Made by a program: the position numbers and the translations under genes. A stretch of DNA of 37,581 nucleotides from positions 1 to 37,581 of the forward strand of contig JAADVB010000188.1 in assembly GCA_023334545.1 (NCBI GenBank), given 5' to 3'. Under the pieces are notes generated by a model. It ran no database searches. It saw only the letters and a list, made by a program, of their open reading frames with translations, and had not been told where the DNA came from. Position 1 is the stretch's first letter. Every line of letters begins with the position of its first letter. This DNA is from Salisapilia sapeloensis CBS 127946. Taxonomy: Eukaryota; Protista; Oomycota. Below are positions 20,103-31,063 of the stretch, piece after piece.

Positions 20103-21480
20103 ATGCCACTCTCATCCACATTCCGTCGAGCGACAGTTGCATCCAAGGGACTTGCTTCGGCGCAGGAAGCAGCGCTATCAAACGTGACTCTCACCAAGCG
20201 AATGGTAGATTTTATCGAATGATACTTGTATCTTCACGGTTCTTTTGCTCCTCTACCGTTTTCACCCGGGACATTTCTCAACTATATCCTTTATCCATCA
20301 CATAGCAATCGATCAACTCGGACATTGATATGATCCATCGCCGACTCTTGGTGATACATTCTTCGCCGATCCAAGTTTCTTGTCGCAAAGCTTATCCTTC
20401 TATTGCTACAGGACTTGCAAGATAGATACGAGCAAGTAGATGAGCAGAATGAAGCTTTGGGAGACCTTGAAGTGAAAGTATGCGCATCCATGTATTTAAT
20501 CGTGGCATCGAAGTAACCGGTAATGCAGGTGACAGCGCTGCATCAAGCATTCTCTTCACTATCAGATGTCTTGACAGAGGAACTCGGTAGCTTTGACTTT
20601 ACCCTCACCTCTTACGGTGGCTGTGGCTAAGAAATATTTAGAAAGAGTGCAACGCGTCTTAACAACAAATTCAATCGAGCGACAGACTAGCAAGTCATCA
20701 TCAGACGAAAGATTTGAGCGTGTCGAAAAACAAGTGGAGCGGTTGGAGTCGCAGCAACAAGAATGGCAAGACGCCATTCTCCAGCGGTTCGTCACAGCTG
20801 AAGAAATATTCGGGAAGACGACCACCGCAATGCACGACACTCAAAACGACGTCCAGCGAATTCAACTGTCTCTGTCCAAGGTACATGAACGGGAACAGGA
20901 GATGATCCAAAATCAGCAAAGCATACGATCGTTGCTTGATGAGCACAGCACGACGATTGAGGATAGGAAGGAAGCCACAAACACATTACAGCAAGATGTG
21001 GTGGCGATGCAAACAGAGCTGTCAGAACTACAGACTGGCGCTAGTGCCAATTTCCAAAAAATATTCAAGGAATGGTCCGTGACCAAGACTCGAATGCAGC
21101 AACAGCACAATGAATGGAACGATCAACTTGGTCGATTGAAAGAGTCGATTGACCGACAGGTGATGCTGGACAAGGCCTACTACAATCAACAGCTCCATTC
21201 TGTCCAAGAGGTTATGTCGAATCATGAGCATGAGTTTAAGTCTACGGTACGCAGTATGCTCAAAGCTCACACGAACATTCGGGATGCATTTAGCGACGGA
21301 TTGACAATGTGTACGGAGCAAGTGCATGCACTAAGCAGGCATCTACAAACGTATGAAGTGGATCGGCAGGATCAGTTAGAAGATATCCAACGGAGTTTTA
21401 GAGACAAGATGACCGAATGGCAGGGAAAGCATGAAGAGCTACAACATCACTTTTCCAACTTCAAGAAGCGCCAACAATAA
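20103..21480 (+). CDS. Coiled-coil protein, 369 aa, 5 exons
   Basis: Exons 20103-20204, 20306-20350, 20412-20477, 20529-20586 and 20642-21480 (introns of 101, 61, 51 and 55 nt, all GT-AG, phases consistent). Heptad-rich Q/E/L sequence throughout. Inr-like TCCATTCTCCCAGTT near 20056. Confidence 0.75.
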
Positions 21481-22406
21481 CTGCTGCAACTTCAACACAT
21501 ATCTCTTCCATACAAAATGCAAGTTTTGAAAACGTACGGAAACCTTTAAATGGCCAAGTTTCCGTTCCATACTTGTAATTAGCGAATCAACAAATCTAAT
21601 CGCATTTGCCCGTCACTGGGTACATGGAGTAAACAGTTTAGTTCTACGTGGTGGTGCTTACGTGGTATAGACAGCGCTTAATGTGTAGGCTTATCTTGAC
21701 AGACACACTGTAGCTACGAGTACTCACGAGACGTAATCCTACTGTCCTCCGCCTTTCACTCCATGTAGACCATTGACATTAAATCCGTCAGCAATTTGTC
21801 CAGTGTCTTGTCTGGGATACTAGGAAACCACATCGATCCGGTTTACGGAATCATTTAAAAACAGCAACCTGGTAATCCAAAGGAATATTGCATAATACCA
21901 CAAATGTCACAAAGAGGTGGTTTAGCTCGTTCAAATTGAGCTTTTATTCTTGATTCTTGATCTAAGCTTTAGCAAGTTCTATCGACTCAACTCGGAGGAA
22001 AAAATGGGGGCTTTAAAGGCGCAAAAGTAAACAAGAGCCTTGTTTAACTCTAATCTGTTCGTGACCTCATAGAACAATCAGGACAACATACAAAAGAACT
22101 GCAATCTGGACAAGAATACAAATCGTTTCGAGCGAACGTTTTAGACACAACGAAGATTGTTACAATTAATAGTTGGAGCAGCACCAACAAGATGAAGAAA
22201 CGTTCATTGTCTCAACACCTTCGTTTCGTTCTCTCTGCGAACAGGCAAGTACATATCCCAGTTCATGTCTTCACATCACAGCTTACTGGAAACCTGTCTG
22301 ATCGCCTTCCTCTCGTGGTGACTCGTGTGCATCACCTGTACCACATCTGTACCTTGGATCTTGAAGGTTTTCTACTCGAGCATTCTTTCAATCGCCTTCC
22401 ACGACA

Positions 22407-23148
22407 ATGGACAAAACGGATACCATGCGAGAGTGCTGCAGCGGAAGTGCGCTCTGCATCTTCAACTCGGTTGATCTTGTCTGCGGCCTCGCGCTCACCA
22501 TCTATGGAATTTTCATCGGCACGAACGACTACGCGCCCGAGTGGCTCTATATCCCGGTGCTCATTGCCGGACTGCTTCAAATTCTAGCTGCTTTAACGAG
22601 CTGGTGCGGTGCCTCCTTTCGCTCTTTTGCACCGCTCCTGCTACTCTCCTCCGCATTCACAGTTGTGCTCGCTCTGGCGGAGTTTGTTCTCGCCATCATC
22701 ATTTTCACGAGCGGCCATCGCATCGACGAGTTTCTCGAGGAACACCAACGGGAGCTTAAGCTCAGGTACGTGCCTTTTATGGATGTAATATTCGGCCCAA
22801 TTTGACCGTCGTACGGTAGCGATGATCAGCTGAGAGGACTGGAAGAGAACAAATACCTGCCTGCGTATATTTTACTTGGGCTCGTGGGCATGGAAGTTCT
22901 GCGCGCCTGTTGCAGTAGTGAGCTCCAGCGAGCTCATTACAGATACAAGTATCACTATCAGAATCTGGGTGCGTTGAATGAGCTGAATGAGCAACTGCTT
23001 GACGTTCGGAAGGAACAAGTATTGACATTGTCTAACGTATCGTGGTCTAGATTAACTCGGATGTTGTACATGACAGGAGATCGAACAGAAGTACGCTCGC
23101 CTCAAGCACGAAAGTCGACAAAAGTATCAATCACCAGAGCAAATTTAA
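22407..23148 (+). CDS. Tetraspanin-like four-TM membrane protein, 209 aa, 3 exons
   Basis: Exons 22407-22765, 22820-23018 and 23077-23148 (54- and 58-nt introns). Three N-terminal TM segments, a short loop, TM4 (LPAYILLGLVGMEVLRACC) and a C-terminal coiled tail (EIEQKYARLK). Confidence 0.72.
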
Positions 23149-24209
23149 ATTTCTTTTCTGTTCTATGACTTGTGTTTGTATCTACTTTACTTTACATCCA
23201 TTCCTATCGTCACTCTAGACAAAGCGACAACATTTCGACGCTGTGCACTACCTCGTGATGGCTGTATAGTACACATAATCAAGTTTCCAGTGATCTTAAA
23301 ACGAAGTAGGGCATACGGTCTAGGCATGCATATAGCTTTTATAAATGATACACCTGTGATATTTCCTATATCAAGTCGCTTACGAACACCACTAGAATCT
23401 ATGTGCTGTAAGGGATTTCATGGGAGGTGTTCAATATCAAATTACAATCCAGAGTTCGCTATTGATGGCGATACAGATTAACAATCTCTGCTTTCTGCAA
23501 CCTACGACACTGTTTTTAATATGCCGAAAACATTTCATTGCAGAGAGAAGAAAGATATATGTATGGTAACGATCTTGCTCCTTATAAGTTTCATAAAGGC
23601 CGATGGGCCAAAGCTTGAACGTCAGTCGGAAGACGCAAGTTACACCGAATGCACGATACAAGTTTCGAAATGAAACGTATGCACTACTCAATTCTTCTCA
23701 ACAACCTTTTTCCATCCGTGCTGCAATTTACGGACCTTTACCATTGCGTTCAGCAACCTCATACGCACCAAACATCCGATCATTGTCCTCGTGAAAAACA
23801 CTTTCGATTGTGGGAGTTACGCCTGATCAAAGCAACTCAGGCTGAACAGAAAATTTTATTGCATTCCCGCAAGACTGCGCTTATGGGAGACAAAACATCG
23901 AGCTAGAGGTCAGAGTGGTGATCCGATACCATTCATTGCAGATTCATTCGACTGTACATATTACGATGCATTCAAGTGAGTATAGATGATAGACGTGCAG
24001 TTATCTTACGCGAACCGCCAATCTTTTCGTGTTCAATCGAAGCTGCTTCTACCAAACAATAGTACCAATGGTAGAAAATTTACTCCCTACATTTACTAAG
24101 AGAGGAAGGTAAAGGTACTTTTGACAAGCTAAGTAGACGGAAAGCCAAAGGAGCAGACCTGGCCACAAGGTTGTTTCTAATTACCGCGATATCGTCCAAC
24201 ACATGGCTT

Positions 24210-25149
24210 CTATTCGTTTTCGTAATTTTGGAGTTTAAAGTACTTGGCAAGAGTACTTTCATCCAGTCGAGTGCGATGCGCTCTACCCATGGCATCCAGC
24301 TGCGGAACTCTTTTCTTCTCTTCCCCCTCTCGGAACAGGATGAACGATGGCAATTGCTCGGATGTCGTCGATGCAATGATGTTGAATTTTGGTGCCAATT
24401 CCGGGTACTTACCTACGTCTACCTCCCCAAATTGGAGTGCAGGCGAAGCATATCTATTGCCTTAATCAATAATTGCGTTTCGTACATATTAACAAGAGAT
24501 TTTACTTGATCGAAAGTCTGGCAGCCACTGCATCATGCTCTAAGCAGCGATTATTCCAATCAGTATGGAAGTAGAGTAGCCATGACACGGATTGCTTCTT
24601 GCTATTCTTCTGCCGTCGCTTGGCCGACGCACTCTTCGGTCCGGACAGCGCCAGCGTTTCGTCCAGGTTGCTCGGAGTGATGCTGACGAGGTTACTCGGA
24701 CCAGCGTACTTTGGCTGAGAAATGGCTACGAACAATACTATATGCAGAGATCAATCTTATGCGCTTGCACGCAAATAGCAATCAAAACATACTGATGCAG
24801 TAGACGACGAACCAGCCAAAGATTCTCACATCGAGATAGTAGGAGCAAGCTGCCACGACCATCTTGCAGTGCGTAAAGATGGCTGCAATTACCCCATCCT
24901 TTGACGTTGCTTTGCGCAAATTCAAAAGTAGCGATACGAACGCCAAGATGTAGATTTCGTATTCCTATTCGACCACATCAGTCTTTCGACGCCTAATATT
25001 TTCTCTGAGTGCTTTACCCTTTTAATGCCAAAGTAACTGTCGTCATCCTCCAGCTCTGCGCTTGTAGTGATGCTCCTTACGATGATGTAGCTCAAGACAG
25101 GAACGATATTGAGCACATAATACGCATTCGCATATCGTGTCCAGCTCAT
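24210..25149 (-). CDS. TMX2: Thioredoxin-related transmembrane protein TMX2-like, 259 aa, 4 exons
   Basis: Exons 25149-25018, 24964-24793, 24737-24506 and 24453-24210 (53-, 55- and 52-nt introns). TM region, then QPKYAGP, a degenerate single-Cys active site (FHTDWNNRC), FGEVDVGKYP and QLPSFILFREGEEKKRVP. Confidence 0.85.
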
Positions 25150-25323
25150 GATCCAAGCTGTGTATGGACAAAGAGATTAAACTAACTCTTTGTATACGTC
25201 CAAAAGCTGTCTGCGATGAGCCGCTTGATGCTTAAGTGCGCAACATCATGACACCGTCAGCTGACTTTGAACGGTGACAACAGGCCCATCAACTAGCTAA
25301 AACGCTACCTCTGGTACGGCCGA

Positions 25324-26313
25324 ATGAACGAGAGCAGCTACAGTGCACCAGAAGAGGACAGTACTGCATTAGGTGCACGCAATGCGGGCCAGCGACGAGC
25401 GAGAGAAGAATTAGGAGCACAAACTTCGTCAAAACCTACCATCGATGCGGAAATAGCTGCGTCATTCTCCAAACACGGATTCGTCGTTATTCAGAATATC
25501 CTGTCTGAATCCGAACTGTCGGCGCTAAGAGCAGAGAGCTCGGAGCTCTTTCAATTGCTTCATACAGACGCAGGTGACATCGACGACGAGATTGTGGAAG
25601 ACGGATGCGTTGTGGACGTCATGGCGAATTGTCCGATGCAGGAACAAGACCAGGCTCGAACGGATGCTGCCGCGTACATGACGAAAAGGTATGCGCATTT
25701 GAAAAGCATAGGCGTATCGGACGCATCCGCCTTGTCGACGCCAGCGCACCGAGAAACGATGTCTGATCTGCTTTTCGATCGCCTCGCGATGTTCGCAAGT
25801 GAGCTCCTATCATGCAATGTGTTCTTCTTCAACGAGCACTACATTGTCAAGCCAAGTGAGTCAGCCGTCGAGTTCCGATGGCACCGTGATGCAGATGAGC
25901 AGCTGGCCATGTGCCTCGATGTTGCCACGCCAGCGTACATTTCGTGCTGGTGTGCTTTGGACGACATGACCGAGTCGAACGGTCCGCTGCGGTTTATCTC
26001 GAAAACCCAGAGCATAGATACGAGTGACTCAGATGACGTGAAGAACGAGAAAAGCAGTGAACCACTCGAGTGTACAGCCGGAAGCGTCGTCTTCTTTCTA
26101 TCTGATGTCTGGCATGCTTCCACCAGCAATACGTCCACTAGCTACCGAAGTGCATTCTACGCGCAATACAGTCCGATAAAGATCACTCCTTCCAGCCACG
26201 ATGCAACACCTCTAAGCTTTGCCATTCCGTGCCACCCTCTCGCAGCACCGCGTACGAAAGTCAGTAGATGCATGCACCGATCTTCCACCGAAATCGAGCA
26301 GGTGCGAAACTAA
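25324..26313 (+). CDS. Phytanoyl-CoA dioxygenase (PhyH)-family Fe(II)/2-oxoglutarate dioxygenase, 329 aa
   Basis: Motifs F.KHGFVVIQNIL, YIVKP, WHRD (HxD), SCWCALDDMTESNGPL, GSVVFF..WHAS (distal His) and YRSAF (2OG-binding Arg). Confidence 0.88.
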   Translation: MNESSYSAPEEDSTALGARNAGQRRAREELGAQTSSKPTIDAEIAASFSKHGFVVIQNILSESELSALRAESSELFQLLHTDAGDIDDEIVEDGCVVDVMANCPMQEQDQARTDAAAYMTKRYAHLKSIGVSDASALSTPAHRETMSDLLFDRLAMFASELLSCNVFFFNEHYIVKPSESAVEFRWHRDADEQLAMCLDVATPAYISCWCALDDMTESNGPLRFISKTQSIDTSDSDDVKNEKSSEPLECTAGSVVFFLSDVWHASTSNTSTSYRSAFYAQYSPIKITPSSHDATPLSFAIPCHPLAAPRTKVSRCMHRSSTEIEQVRN

Positions 26314-26612
26314 CGCTAAACAGCTGGAAACGTAAGTGCGCGTCCATGTGTTGGTCTGTGATTCGTTGCTTGTTTGATACGTTTTAATAGACACTCGAGC
26401 AAAGGACGATACTCGTCACTTGTATACTCGCACTATTGTACGTTCAGCTATCCGCCGTCGGATAGTGCGCCTGCTTTACGATACTCGAGCACGACGACGA
26501 CGTAGACTTTGCATTGCGTCCATTGCCTGCTTTACATTGCCATCCCCTTTCACAGGCGTAGTGCGCTAGTAGATTTACACAACGGAGAACGAGAGGGCGA
26601 GAGGTGGTTGGG

Positions 26613-29600
26613 ATGAGTATATGGCGTCTACTTTTTGCTTTCTTTCTTTTTCCTCTTTGCAGAGCTATCGCGACTGAGCAGGACCTCGTCGTCGTCGGTG
26701 GAATCGACGGACGGGTCTATGCACTCGATGCATGGTCTGGCAGTGTCCTCTGGCGCTTTGATTCAGGTGGTCCTATGGTCTCATCATCCCTCTGTACTCG
26801 GCCCAACGGCCCCGAGTCATCCACAGGATTGCAACACAACTCAGACTTGTCTCTCTCCTCTCATGATTATATCTCGCAGCTCATACCTTCGTCAGATGGA
26901 AGGCTCTTCCACGTCGGCGGCACGAGCGTTAGTGAACTCCAGACGTCTTTCAGGGACATTCTACTCGCAGGAGAGCCTGTTCGACTTACTCAAGACGATG
27001 ACAGTCCTGACGTTCTCTTTATTGGTGACAAGACGACCTCCATGTTCTCTCTCGACACATCCTCTGGCCTCATTCAACCTCTATTCGAGTCAGAAATGTC
27101 TCTGCGCCCCCAGGACATTATTTTCGGCCGATCCGACTTTACTACAAGAGCTGTGCCGTCTCTAAATACCTCTGCATCCCGTTGCTTCACCATCTCCGAG
27201 TATTTTATGCAGTTTGCATCGCAGTCGCAATGCCGACCGGAGGATCCACAGACATTTTCAAACTACGAAGAATCTCCTCAGCTCCTGGTGCTGTCGGATG
27301 CTGGAGGTGATGAAGACGGATCGCTTGTTGCAGCCTTTCACCCGGTCTCCAAGCAGCCACTGTGGGAGTTCGAGGTCGCTGGACTCGACGCTGTCGCTGT
27401 CTTCGGCGTTTCACCTTCCAGAGGTGCAACCTTTTTTCAGTGGAAGATCAACGGTCCGTCCTCTTCTCGCACGACAGAGCTACAGCGGTCGGACAGTGGG
27501 GAGCTCATGATGACAGCCTCCGGTCGCGATTGGACTGCTCTGTCCGGCGACTTCCAGTTGAGACTGGTAGGAGACGAGTACTACTTTGAGCCGAGTCGAG
27601 CGCTATCGACCGACCATCGGTCCATCGGATACCGCCGAGAGAAACTCGGTCCTCCGCCACCTCGATACAGACTGCCGTGGGTACCCATGAAAGACCCTAG
27701 CGGTCGCTCCGGTGTCTTCCTCACAACTTACCACGCCCTCGCAACGATCCTCGTCTTCCTCTTCATGTCTGCTCTCGTGGCCTATGGCTTTTACGTAAAA
27801 GGCGCGTCGACTGCGTTGGCCAGAAGTGCCTTGACGACGATGGACCAGACGAGTCAGTTCTTCCTCGGCCCCTACCGCCACCAACTAGCGATCCAACGCC
27901 CTGGACAGGAACCTATTACCATCTCGAGCGTCATTTCTCGATCGCTATTAACAAAAGCGTCTGGCTCCAACTTGCCTCTTTTAGAGGACGAAGACACGTT
28001 CACGACGGCAGAAGATAGTGAGCAGGGAGCCATGCAGCGGTTCGTACGCGTCGCAGCGGCAGAGGCTGCCATCATGGTCACTGGGAACGATCAGATCGAG
28101 AACTACTATGAACGGACGGAAGAGAATGGAGACTCTGCGTCCGTCCTGACGTTGGCAAAGAAGCAGCCGAGCGTCTTTGGAGAAGAAAGTGCAGCGAGAC
28201 TGAAACAGATCAAGGACGAGAGTCCGTTTGAAGTGCTAGATGACGACGATGACTTTGACGAGCTGGAGGAGTATATCGACAGTGATGAGGAGAGCGAAGA
28301 TAGTGGAGAGAAGAGTACGAGACTATTTCCATTCGTGTGCCAGAGTCGATTCACGAACGAATTCAAGGAGCTCTCTGTCGTCGGGAAAGGAGGCTTTGGG
28401 CAGGTTCTACTGGCGGAGAACAGACTAGACGGACGGCAGTACGCGGTCAAGAGAGTAGCGCTGTGTCTCGAGCACCAGACGCCTCGGACGCTGGAAAAGT
28501 TTCTTCGGGAAGTCAAGATCCTAGCTCTACTAGACCATCCGAACATTGTACGGTACTACCAAGCGTGGCTAGAAAAGATGGAAGAAGGAGACGCAGCGCA
28601 GTACGTTGGAGGTGATTCCCTCGAGTCTGTGCCCAAGTACAACTCCACCAGCAACCTCCTGCCGCCCATTGGCGAGAGATCATGGTCAGCAAGAGAGTCG
28701 GAAGACATGGGTTTTGAGTGGGATCGACAGTCCAGCAGTGAGCACGCGCAGGCGTGGACAGAAGAGGATGTCCAGCATGATCCGACGAGGAGACGCAACG
28801 TGATTGTCCCGAACGCCGATCCGCACTCTGGTTTCTCCGTCGAACAGGACGCATGCGACCACTTGTTGTACATCCAGATGCAGTACTGTGCCGGCCGTAG
28901 CCTGAAAGACTACCTCTCTCTACCTTCTCGTCCGATGCACCTCGCTCGTCTACTCAAGATCTTTGTCCAGATCGCGAGTGCCGTCGCCCACGTGCATGAA
29001 CAAGGCCTCATCCATCGAGACTTGAAGCCTGCCAACATCTTCGTGGCAGATACGGATGGAGAAGCCATCAAGCTCGGTGACTTTGGCTTGTCTCGATACG
29101 CAGTGAACGCGAATCTAGGAAGCGCTGAATCTAGTGACATGCTGGACACACTCCCATCGTCTCTGCAGCTGACCGAGTCTACCAACCAGCTTCTCTTGAC
29201 GAATCAATCCGACACGAGGAACCGACAGGCGTCCTTCGTCTCGGATAGTGCAGATGTGACTGCTGCCGTCGGAACATACTTGTACTCGAGTCCGGAGCAA
29301 GCGGCAGGGAAAAAGTATGACAGCAAGACGGATGTGTACGCGTTGGGTATGATCCTCTTCGAGCTATGCCACGCTCCGTTTTCGACTGGCATGGAGCGCC
29401 ACTTGCGTCTTCGAGACGCACGCGACTCAATCTTCCCCGATGACTACCCTTGGCACACGCGATGCCCACCCATTGTCCACAAACTGAGGGAAATGCTCTC
29501 GATTGAGCCGGAGTATCGACCGGATGCAAAGGACGTTGTCACATGGGCACAGGAGCTGTACGAGAATGCGTTAGCTCAGAACGCAATGAGTAGGTCGCCC

Positions 29601-30011
29601 AGGTCTCCTGCGTCATCGAGTTTCCCGAGACTGCCGATACCTCCGCTCGACTTGGCAGCGTCGGATCTGTCGATGGGGCAGTACGGAAGCTTCTCGCTAC
29701 AGGTGAAAGCGTCTTTGTCGGAGAGAACGCAAGCGCCTGCACAGGACGAGAGCGAGGGGAGGAATTTACCCAACCACGATTTGCTGAAAGAAGTCTCCGA
29801 GGTGATTTCAGACGCGAGCGACGGACGTGTGGAGGTCAAGAGCTGTGGTATGCAAAGACACGAAGCAGGTGTGCAGGTCTGGGACTTTACACTCGGGTCC
29901 TCTGCTTTGGCGGAAGATGCATGGACAAAATCCGAACAGGACGCGACAAAGGTGGTGGAGGCGTTGCAGGCACTAGCTGGCGTCGAGGTGTTTGCGCCTT
30001 CTATCGAGTGA
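26613..30011 (+). CDS. PERK: PERK-like type I transmembrane eIF2alpha kinase, 1132 aa
   Basis: Signal peptide MSIWRLLFAFFLFPLCRA. IRE1/PERK-type luminal start VVVGGIDGRVYALDAWSGSVLWRF. One TM helix. Kinase motifs RFTNEFKEL..VGKGGFGQV, YAVKR, HPNIVRYYQAW, eIF2AK-type insert, LYIQMQYC, HRDLKPANIF, DFG, VTAAVGTYLYSSPEQ. Confidence 0.85.
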   Translation: MSIWRLLFAFFLFPLCRAIATEQDLVVVGGIDGRVYALDAWSGSVLWRFDSGGPMVSSSLCTRPNGPESSTGLQHNSDLSLSSHDYISQLIPSSDGRLFHVGGTSVSELQTSFRDILLAGEPVRLTQDDDSPDVLFIGDKTTSMFSLDTSSGLIQPLFESEMSLRPQDIIFGRSDFTTRAVPSLNTSASRCFTISEYFMQFASQSQCRPEDPQTFSNYEESPQLLVLSDAGGDEDGSLVAAFHPVSKQPLWEFEVAGLDAVAVFGVSPSRGATFFQWKINGPSSSRTTELQRSDSGELMMTASGRDWTALSGDFQLRLVGDEYYFEPSRALSTDHRSIGYRREKLGPPPPRYRLPWVPMKDPSGRSGVFLTTYHALATILVFLFMSALVAYGFYVKGASTALARSALTTMDQTSQFFLGPYRHQLAIQRPGQEPITISSVISRSLLTKASGSNLPLLEDEDTFTTAEDSEQGAMQRFVRVAAAEAAIMVTGNDQIENYYERTEENGDSASVLTLAKKQPSVFGEESAARLKQIKDESPFEVLDDDDDFDELEEYIDSDEESEDSGEKSTRLFPFVCQSRFTNEFKELSVVGKGGFGQVLLAENRLDGRQYAVKRVALCLEHQTPRTLEKFLREVKILALLDHPNIVRYYQAWLEKMEEGDAAQYVGGDSLESVPKYNSTSNLLPPIGERSWSARESEDMGFEWDRQSSSEHAQAWTEEDVQHDPTRRRNVIVPNADPHSGFSVEQDACDHLLYIQMQYCAGRSLKDYLSLPSRPMHLARLLKIFVQIASAVAHVHEQGLIHRDLKPANIFVADTDGEAIKLGDFGLSRYAVNANLGSAESSDMLDTLPSSLQLTESTNQLLLTNQSDTRNRQASFVSDSADVTAAVGTYLYSSPEQAAGKKYDSKTDVYALGMILFELCHAPFSTGMERHLRLRDARDSIFPDDYPWHTRCPPIVHKLREMLSIEPEYRPDAKDVVTWAQELYENALAQNAMSRSPRSPASSSFPRLPIPPLDLAASDLSMGQYGSFSLQVKASLSERTQAPAQDESEGRNLPNHDLLKEVSEVISDASDGRVEVKSCGMQRHEAGVQVWDFTLGSSALAEDAWTKSEQDATKVVEALQALAGVEVFAPSIE

Positions 30012-30188
30012 GTTCGCCGGACGTGGCACATCGTACGTATATCGTGTTATGTATCAATTCCAGACGAATCCGAGTTGCGTTCAAGGCAGGCGCGAGATAC
30101 AGTAGATTCGAATGGGTATCATAAAAAAGAAAAAAATGAATATTGAAAGAGCTTAGACTTATTTTCAGACGTCTTATGCTGCGAACAA

Positions 30189-31038
30189 ATGCTTCCACAA
30201 GGTTTCAGACGGCTTGAGCGAGAAGATCACAAGGTCGCTCAAGAAAGGTACCACGCCTTTCGATCCACGGCTTTGGGCTCTATCTGCCACGAGCAGGACG
30301 GAGACAGTTACAGTCTAAACGTCCAGCAGAGTGAATTTGCACCGGTAATACCCAGGAAAGATCGAAATCGTTTGTACCGGTAATGATCTCCCTCCATGTA
30401 TTTGGTCAATTCTACTCATACGCAATTCGATGAGTAGAACGGATCGCGATGTCAATCCGACTCGTGAACCTGTAGTGTCCTACTTTTACGATACGCACTG
30501 GAGCCATGAGGTTGCTACTGCCATACGGAAAGCAGGTAATCGAGCTACGAGCATGCAATCCCATCGACCTCGCTTTGAGGACATGAATGCTTCTAGTACT
30601 ATAGCAGTGAGGAGCCCACGTGCAAGTCCAGGTTGCTATGACCCGGATCATGTACATTTGTCCCTACTTTTGTAGTTCCCAGATCGCTTTACTAAAAGCC
30701 CTTATATGTAGCTGCATCGAGCGATCATATCTCCATCCACTACAAAAGACGATGAATCTAAAGCTCCTATACTGCAACCTCCACTGTCAGTAGGATGCCC
30801 AGGTACGGGAAGGCTTCAGTCTGGTACCAAAGGGAAGCTGCAGTCACCTAGACCATGGGTCTCGACAATCCAGCAAGAAGACCTTCCATCTCCAACACTT
30901 GAGTCCACTCGTCTTGCGCCGGCAATCAATGCTAAGACAGCCTACACGGAGCCATTCCGTAGTCAGCTGCTCGCGATGCACTCGCGACAAGTAGATTTAA
31001 AAGTAGTGCAAGTACCACGGACGAGTCGTACAGGTTAA
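30189..31038 (+). CDS. Hypothetical protein, about 243 aa, at least 3 exons
   Basis: Exons 30189-30379, 30438-30651 and 30712-31038 join in frame through 58- and 60-nt GT-AG introns. The last exon is a 108-codon open frame missing from the ORF track. The 5' end is uncertain. Confidence 0.5.
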
Positions 31039-31063
31039 AACCGATTCTATTGTATTTTGTTTT

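Noticed and set aside
885-30711. All six inferred introns of length 3n (57, 63, 51, 51, 54 and 60 nt) contain in-frame stop codons, suggesting selection for NMD-visible retention
   Set aside because: Ascertainment bias: I can only detect a 3n intron when it breaks the ORF. The sample is also tiny and the phenomenon is already known.
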